Positions 54,340-64,000 of a stretch of DNA of 64,000 bases are shown here, one piece after another. The notes under the pieces are model-generated. The model had not been told where the DNA came from and did not search any database. It saw only the letters and a list, made by a program, of their open reading frames with translations. This stretch comes from the human T2T-CHM13v2.0 reference genome, Homo sapiens: the NCBI RefSeq assembly GCF_009914755.1, contig NC_060936.1; one strand, 5' to 3'. Each line of letters starts with the position of its first letter. Position 1 is the stretch's first letter. Position numbers and translations under genes: made by a program.

Positions 54340-55850
54340 GAAGAACCAGGTAGGCTGCGCGCTCCCTGGCGAGGGGTTCTTTCTGCCGTGCGCCCGCCAA
54401 GGGGACGCGACCTCGTCTACTCCACCCGTTCCCGGGCTCTAGCGCCATCTCACCCGGGTCCTGACTCGGGGCTCTGAGTTTCCAGCTGCCACAGTGGGCA
54501 GGAGGCCCTGGACCTGGGGTCCCTTGGGGGAACAGAGCCTGCAGGGGCCTTGGAGGAGGGCAGAGGAGGCTCCCAGGCCTGGGTTTCCTGCAACGCCGAC
54601 CCCCACCGGCTCTGGGAGGGGCGGGGTTCCTGCCACTTCAGGAAGGAAAAAGGTTCCTGTGGGGTACCTTGGCCTGTCCGCCCGGTGCCCTGAGGGGCAC
54701 CCGGCTCCAGCTGAATGGAGGGGAAGGGTCGCGGGAGGTGGCTCTGCTTGGCTTCCTGACTTTGGCGGGACCCCCGCCCATGGCCCCCAGCCCCCCTACC
54801 TTTCTGGCACGCTGCTCCCTGCGGAGGCCGAAATTCCTGCCTGGGGCTCCAGCCTGGGAGGCTCCACCCTCAGCCCCACCCCGGCCCCCGCACCCCTCAC
54901 CCTCCGGGGCCCCCCTTACCCTCAGGGACTCCTGCCCTAGCGCCCCTCACCTTCCGGGACCCCCCGCCTCCGCGCCCCTTATCCTCCAGGACCCCCCCCC
55001 GCCTGCGCGCCCCTCACCCTCAGGGACCCCCGCCCCCGCGCCCCTCACATTCCAGGCCCCCCCTGCCCCCGCGCGTCCCTCATCCTCCCGGACCCCCCTG
55101 CCCGCGCGCCCCTCACCCTCCGGGACCCGCTTCAGCGCTGGCGCACGTGCTTGGCGCGCACCCGGGGCTGGCGAGGAGGCGCTGGGCAGCACAGAAGGTG
55201 CGGGTGCTACAAAGTATCCAGGCTCGCAGCCAATCCCGCGAGGCCCCGCCCACAAGGCGTCCCGGGGGCCGGCGCCCCTCAGCCCCCGATGCGACCGCGG
55301 AGTCCGGGGGAGCTGAGGGGTCCGTGGGGGATCTGGTGTCCGTGGCATCTGCGGGTCCGAGGAGTCCCGGACGACCTGGGGTTTCTGGGGTGTGCGGTGC
55401 GGGGTCAGAAAGGCCTGGAGCTTTGCGTCCTCGAGCGCCGGAAGGAGCAGGCTCTGCGGGGCGCGGGGTGCGGGGTTGGTGGGGGAGGGCGCCGCGACCC
55501 CCGCCCTGCAGCGGAGCCGAGGGAGTCGTGACCCACGGCTGACCCCGCGCCGCCCGCCCTGGCTCTGGCGCCGGCGCAGGCGCAGCTGAGTCAAACTGGG
55601 GTCGCGGCTCGGTGGGGCGCAGCGCTTTCCTAGCGCGGGGGAGGAGGGCGCCTCTGGAACGCAGACCCCCAGGGGACGCGCCTGGGTCCAAGCGGAGTTC
55701 CGACTTCAGCCTCGGCGGGGGGCTCCACCCAGGTGGGCCCTGCGGGTGGCTCCCTCAGGGGAAGCCTAGGGCAGCCTGACCACGGCTGACCTCCGTGACC
55801 ACCGGCGTTCCGGGCACCACGGGGCGATCCTGGGGTGGGAGTGGGGTCCT
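54340..55850 (-). promoter_or_regulatory. ANHX: ANHX CpG-island promoter and non-coding first exon (candidate donor at 55117/55116)
   Basis: Very high GC/CpG. NF-Y box AGCCAATC (55228-55235), GC box CCCCGCCC (55244-55251), E-box CACGTG (55144-55149) and NRF1-like GCGCAGGCGCA (55574-55584). Confidence 0.75.
54886..55129. repeat. GC-rich ~32-bp minisatellite, about 8 units
   Basis: Units approximate CCCCTCACCCTCCGGGACCCCCCGCCCCCGCG. Confidence 0.85.
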
Positions 55851-56585
55851 CGCAGACCTGGTCAAAAGGTGGCTGGGAAATGACTGAACACCCCAAGTCC
55901 TGGCACGGGTGCAGTCCAGCCTCTGCCCTTGTGGAGTTTATAGTTTTTTTGTGGGTTTGTGGCTTTTTTTTTTTGTTTTTGGTGTTTTATACAGTGAGCT
56001 CGGAAGTTACCCGGAGACCTTGAATTGTTTGTTTAGAGGCAGGGTCTCGCTCTGTGGCCCAGGCTGGAGTGCGGCGGCGCGATCAGAGCTCACTCCAGCC
56101 TCAACCTCTTGGGGTCAAGTGATCCTCCTGCCTCAGCCTCCCAGACCACAGGTGCGTGCCACCGTGCCCGGCCTTGAGTTGGTTTTCAAAGGTAGTCAAG
56201 GTCTAATTGGAAGGAAAAAAGTCAATACACGCATAAGACACAGGATAAACATTTCAGTGTTTGTTCCAGTGAAGATGTGAAAACAGCCCAAGCCTCTGGT
56301 GGAAGATTTGAGAAATAAACCACGGTTGAGACAGGGGATGGGTTCCTGGCAGGTTATTAGTAGTGATGCTGAGGTCGCTGGGGCCCAGCTGATGATCGCG
56401 ATACATTGTACAGCAGAAGGCTGGCTTCTAAGACAGAGGTAGGAGCCCACATGGAAAGCAGAGATAAAATGATGCATGCCACATCCTAAACCCTGGTGGG
56501 TCTGGGGTGATTCAATTACCACTTTGTTTCAGTATCTTTTGTAGGCATTTTAATTTTCTTCTTTTTGCTTATCCACATTTTCTTT

Positions 56586-56618
<33 letters not shown>

Positions 56619-57255
56619 AGATGGAGTCTCACTCTCTCGCCCAGGCTGGAGTGCAGTGGCGCGATCTTGGCTCACTGCAAGCTCCGCCTCCCGGGTTCAC
56701 GCCATTGTCCTCCCTCAGCCTCCTGAGTAGCTGGGACTACAGGTGCCCGCCACCACGCCCGGCTAATTTTTTTGTATTTTTAGTAGAGACGGGGTTTCAC
56801 AATGTTAGCCAGGATGGTCTTGATCTCCTGACCTTCTGATCTGCCCACCTCGGCCTCCCAAAGTGCTGGGATTACAGGTGTGAGCTACCGAGCCTGGCCA
56901 CTTATCCACATTTTCTAATTTTTATAAAATAATTTTGTGGTTTTCTATTTTTAAATTTCTTTTTAAGAAGTGGAAAGAACAGGACAACAGGGTTGTGGAG
57001 AAGCAGTACTGACTGACGGAGTCTATTGGGACTGGAGCCCCCTGTTGGGGGTGGAGAACAGACTGCAGCTGTCTGAGATACAGAACAGAATAGAGCGATA
57101 GTCCTCCCTTTACCTCCTGCCATGTGGACTAAAGATTGCTCGCTACCCATTAAGCACTAACGAATGTAAAACAATGGGGCCTAAAATGTCGAAATATCTA
57201 CACTGTTAGATTTAAATGAATTCAACACATTTTTAATGTATTTTTATTTTTTTAG

Positions 57256-57453
<198 letters not shown>

Positions 57454-57480
57454 TGAGTAGCTGGGATTACAGGCACGTAG

Positions 57481-57748
<268 letters not shown>

Positions 57749-57764
57749 AAAAGTCCACATCCTT

Positions 57765-57855
57765 GGATAGTTCAAGTGCAGTGGTGTTTACAACTAACTG
57801 ATCACAACCACGTATGGATTTCTTTCTCTACTCCCACTGCTTCACTTGACTAGCC
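57765..57855 (+). pseudogene. Y3 RNA (RNY3) processed pseudogene
   Basis: GGATAGTTCAAGTGCAGTGGTGTTTACAACTAACTGATCACAACCA...CTCCCACTGCTTCACTTGACTAGCC matches hY3 with an internal deletion. It has an A6 tail and a 16-bp TSD. Confidence 0.93.
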
Positions 57856-57934
57856 AAAAAAGTCTACATTCTTAACTTCAGCACTTCAGTGTTTAAATTG
57901 CAAGTGTTCTAAATGAGGACAAACCTCCCCCTAA

Positions 57935-58108
<174 letters not shown>

Positions 58109-58237
58109 TAGTAGAGACAGGGTTTTACTATGTTTGTTAGGCTGGTCTCAAACTCCCGAACTCACGTGATCTGCCTGCCTTGGCCTCCCAAAGTGCTGGG
58201 ATTATAGGTGTGAGCCACTGTGCCCGGCCGAGAATGA

Positions 58238-58497
<260 letters not shown>

Positions 58498-60534
58498 TGA
58501 TCCGCCTACCTTGGCCTCCCAAAGTGCTGGGATTACAGGTGTGAGCCACCACGCCTGGCCAACGAACCCTTTTTAAGCATTACTTTTAATAAAGCGCAGT
58601 ACCAAAATTTGAGTTACCAATGCCTATTGTAAATATAGGCTGTCTCCCCTTTCCCTCCATGCTCTTTAATGTGAAATGCAGTCAGTAACACATGACACAT
58701 TCTAAGGCATACTTACCCACTATTTGTAGATTTTCTCTTCCTTTCTGGACCCATGCTTCCTCGGGTAGACTGTCAGTTCAGTTACTTAATAGCTGTGTGA
58801 ACTTGAGCAAGTTACTGACCCTCTCTGTAGCTTTTCTCCTCTTTGGCATAATGGGGATAACAATAGGGCCTCTTCCTTGGTGGGACTGAGATAATTAGAG
58901 TCAATATTCAGTAAGTGCTCTTTTTGTCATCATTTTGCTTTCTATATACACTATCTTTAGCACATGCAAAATCTGGTAAGTTTTCTATCATTATGTGTCT
59001 TTTAAACAAATTTCCTGGGAATTCTTGCATTTCTTCCATCGTAATTAGCTGAAACACAGAAGGCTGGAAGGTGATTTCGATTAACCTCGTAAGAACCTCT
59101 GTTCCATCATGAGCTGCTGTCTTCCATCCTGGGAACACCCACTATCACTGGTGCTCTCCTGAGGGAGCCCTGCCGTATCCGCATCTTGAAGCCGCTGGAT
59201 GGCCCTGGGATGAGTACCTCTTAGGAGACCTGTCCAACGTCTGTGTGCCTATTAGGGGGCTCATAGCTGTTGGGGATCTGTCATTCGGGCCCCTTACGTA
59301 GGCTCACAGAATTAGAGAGAGCCAGTCTTCTGGGGAACACCAAGGGAGATACGCGGGCAGGAAAAGAGAGGGTGTGTCTGGTGTCCTGGGTAGAATTTTT
59401 TAGAAGGACAGAGGGATCCTAGGGCTTCGGAGAGTGATTCATCAGCCCTTCCTTTCTTCTTGGAGTTTGAGCCCTTAAAAACCAGATGTGGACAGGGCCA
59501 GAGAGCAGGAAAACAGGATCATCCCTTTAAAGCACCCCCCAACATATGACCCAGAGAGGGTTAGGAATGACCCCTTCTTTGGTGTGACTGCCCTGCTCAG
59601 AGGGCCAGAGGCTGTTATTTCACAAGCTCAGAAGGGGCTGGCTACAGCCCTGCAGTTCCTTCCTCTGGGTCATGGTTGAGGCCTTCCCCGGGACAGGCTG
59701 CTCCAATCATCCGAGTTGTAATCTCACCCCTCAGCGAAATGACCCAGCAGGTGGGGAACGTGACACCCACTGGATTCTGGATCTATAAGCACCACCCAGG
59801 TGTCCAAGATGATTTTTCTCCCAAATAAGGCTGAGAATAGGATGAAAGCAAGTGAAGTATCAAAAAACTCAGTAATCAAGATAAATAATATTGCAATGTG
59901 GTGTTTTTAAAAAACCAAAATATATGTCAAAGAATCTATGATTAACAGAATATCAAACTTTTGGATAAGACAATGTATATTACTGAGTTTTCCTTTACCT
60001 GAAGCTCCACAGAAGCAATAGTTGCTTATTTCCCTCGTAAGTCAGGTACAGGATGGGAAGTGGGGTTGGAGAGTTCATAAATATTTTTGGAGCATATGTG
60101 CCAGGTCATCAAATGCCCCCATGACTCTGAGGTGGGCACCTGCCAACCTCATGACAAAATGCCGACCTGAGGTGAGTCATGGGTCTGCAGTCGCAGAAAT
60201 GGTACAGGGGTGGTTTGATTAAACCAAAGCATTGTAAGTTAGCAGAATATTTCCTGTGAACAGTGGCTTAGAGGTATAAGCCAAAGAAAATAAAAGTACA
60301 TTGTGAAAGGACAGAATGATAAAGATTTTTAAATCTGTATTTTCTCTACGGAAGTAGACATTAGTTGAAACAACTGATTCTTAAAAATGTGCATGTTTCT
60401 ATAATCATTCTTTCTAAAAAGGGATAGTGTTAGAGTGAGAATTTAGGGATGAGGCTTTGGTTAAGGGTTCAGTGTTACAGAGAAGAAGTAAAGGTTATGG
60501 TTGAGGAGTTAGGTGTTATAGTCAAGAATTACAG

Positions 60535-60795
60535 GTTAGGTCGGGTTAGGGGTTAGGGGTTGGGGTTGGGGGTTGGGGGTTGGGGTGCGGGTAGGGGTTA
60601 GGGGTTAGGGTTAAGGGTTAGGATTAGGGCTAGGGTTAGGGTTAAGATTAGAATTTGGATTAGGGTGAGGTTGAAGTTTAGGGTGATGGTTAGGGTTAGG
60701 GTGAAGGTGAGGATGAGGGTGAGGGTTAGGGTTACAGTTTGCATTATGTTGAGGGTAAGTGTGAAGGTGAGGGTTAGGGTGAGGTCATGGGTTAC
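60535..60795 (+). repeat. Degenerate interstitial telomeric repeat (TTAGGG, TTGGGG, TGAGGG variants)
   Basis: GGGTTAGGGGTTAGGGGTTGGGGTTGGGG...TAGGGTTAGGGTT...GAGGGTGAGGGTTAGGGTT, with more degenerate copies back to ~60425. Confidence 0.9.
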
Positions 60796-61336
60796 TACTG
60801 TTCAGGTTAATACTTTTCGTGATTAGGGCTGAGATAAGTGATACGGTCTCTGGCAAGCTGTCCCTGGATGCAGATTATGAGACAAGGATATTGGTGAAAT
60901 TATTATTCAGCTATAATTTGCATATTATCCATTGAATAAAGGAGAGGAACCAAAACAGATGGAACAAACAGGGCAAGGTGTTGGGAGAAGCACTAGAGCC
61001 CTGCCTGGGCTTGGGCGGCTCAGAGCTTGGGTGATAGTGCTTCAGTGTTGCATAGAATCAGAATTCATCCTGACTGCAGGCATAGACAGTGGGTATTTTA
61101 TCCTCCCTCAGACAGTGCGTGGCTTAGGTTGAGTTGTGGGGTAAACTCCCAGGCGCTTTTACTCCTTTTGGGTGAATTGACCCGACACCCGGGGAAATTC
61201 TCTGACCCTCCAGCAACAATGCACGAAGATCTATGGACAAGCAAGACCTGTGGGGTTTGGGAGGGGCCCAGGGTGGAAACCAACCTGGGCAACCTGGGTT
61301 AGGGTCAGGGTTATAGACTGGAGAAGCTGAGGAACA

Positions 61337-61755
61337 GTGTCTTTGTATGATAAGGGTTGCTATAACCTGGTACGTGAGACTGCGTGATTTATAAATTTAC
61401 TTGGCTCACAGTTCTGGAGGCTGGGAAGTGGGAGAAGCAGGCATAGCATCTGCTTGGTTTCTGGTGAGGGCCATGTGCTGGGTTAAAACATTGGCAGAGA
61501 AGAGCCAGAGGGATTGGACACCTGCAAAGAGAGAGGCAAACGAAAGAACATCCTAGCTTTGCAACAAACCACGCTCACAGGTACTCATCTAGCATTGCCA
61601 GATCAAGAACTCTACCATGAGAAGGCAGCAAGCCGATGACGAGGTTCCACTCTAGATTCAAACACCTCCCACTAGGTCCCACCTGTCAACACTGTCATGC
61701 CCAGACCACATATCAGCATGAGATTCAGGGAGGACAAACAAACCCCATCCACACC
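61337..61755. mobile_element. MST-type MaLR LTR
   Basis: TTGGCTCACAGTTCTGGAGGCTGGGAAG...TTCAAACACCTCCCACTAGGTCCCACCT...CATGAGATT...GGACAAACA...CACCACAGCA. Confidence 0.75.
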
Positions 61756-62982
61756 ACAGCAAGCAGGGGAGGCAAGAAATGGGAAAAAATTGTCTTTTAA
61801 AAAGATTTACCATTCTCATTTGTGCATGAAGAAAGAGTTCCCGGTCTGGGCTCTGAGAGGAGGGTGCTGTGGGTCTTCCCCACATGCCTCTTAAGTCATC
61901 CTCCCACTTCTCCAGCTCTGCTCTGGGTCCTGAGTGGCTGGCCTCTGGGAGCATCACCCAGGTCCCATTCCAGGATTTCAGCCAGAGGGAGGCACCAGCC
62001 ATCAGAGGTGGGGACGGCCTTGGTTTCCTCTGCTTCCTTCCTTCTAGCAGTGGGTTTTCACAAAGGCTGGGTTTCTCTCTGGTGTTTCTCAACTTCAGCT
62101 GTACTAGCATTTCTACTCAACCATTTTCTGTGCTGGGGCTGCCCTGCACATGGGAGGGTGTCCAGCAGCAGCCCTGCAGCACCCCCACCTGAGCCCACAG
62201 TGTCAGGCAAAATGACCCCATGGAGAAACAGCCCTGCCAGAGTCCTGGGAGGGTCCAGCAGCCCATTCTCTCTTCACCCTTTGGCCCCGGGGTATTAGAG
62301 GGTTTCTGCTGTTGCTAGTCTGGGAGCATTTCACAGGCTTTTATTGTTCCTTTTGGCTTTGCCCACACCTCTGTAAATAAAACCTTGAGTTTGCCTTTTT
62401 TTTTTATTTGCTGGGATCTAGCACAGTCCTTTTCCTACAGGTAAATGCCTACATGTTAGAACATATCTTAGAAATTACCATCAGCCAATCTTGCTTTAGA
62501 AAAAGAACTCATGACTATCTGAGTTTTAAACATGGTGACCAGAATTGAATTTGCAAATATTTTGGTTCTAATATCTTGATAAAACACTAAAGCTATAACA
62601 TGATGGCTTACCATGAAATTAACATGGAATACTCACTGGGGTGGAGGAGAAGAGTAAATATGGCCCTTGACCCTGGTGGGCTGTCCACAATAACTGTTGC
62701 TCTGCCACTTTCCCAGCATTTTAGGGGTTACAGGACCCAGGCTCTGGCAGGCACTTGGTGAAAACTGGAAACAGCTGAAGAACCAAGTCTTGTCCCTCCT
62801 TGTGCAGGCCTAGGTTCTACATCCACAGACTCGGATACTGAAGAACATTTAATGGTCTGGCTGCTGGTTAAAGCTGTGATCTACAAATATTTTCAACCAT
62901 GCAGTGCTCTCAGTGAAAACAAAGCATGCATCTAATAACTGTGCTTTTATTAATTATTTTTTCTCCTCCTAGAAAATGGATT

Positions 62983-64000
<1,018 letters not shown>

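Noticed and set aside
54494-55896. Many overlapping 120-215 aa ORFs on both strands
   Set aside because: Stop-codon scarcity in a GC-rich CpG island and minisatellite. The translations are low-complexity P/G/A/R with no domain.

Overview
Human (or very close primate) genomic DNA that I recognise as the distal end of chromosome 12q (12q24.33, subtelomeric). It holds two convergent protein-coding genes. ZNF268 (+) is a KRAB zinc-finger gene. Its coding exons are 1310-1342, 7184-7384, 10801-10927, 11220-11315 and 21457-23843, totalling 2844 nt = 947 aa with 24 C2H2 fingers. ANHX (-) is a SIX-related 'anomalous' homeobox gene with coding exons from 53665 down to 38137. It gives 379 aa, or 483 aa with a cassette exon. 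Both genes have CpG-island promoters. The rest is mostly Alu, L1, MaLR and DNA-transposon sequence, several local tandem repeats, head-to-head U6 and Y3 retropseudogenes, and a degenerate interstitial (TTAGGG)n tract near 60.5-60.8 kb. I found no new gene system. The most unusual sequence-level observations are: (1) one ~16-bp target site reused by U6, Y3 and Alu retrotransposition; (2) an L1 3' transduction in a ZNF268 intron; (3) a tandem-duplicated 3' splice site that could give a KRAB-only ZNF268; (4) frame-coupled alternative splicing in ANHX; (5) a 7-finger higher-order repeat in the ZNF268 array. Repeat boundaries are approximate, and subfamily calls were made by eye.
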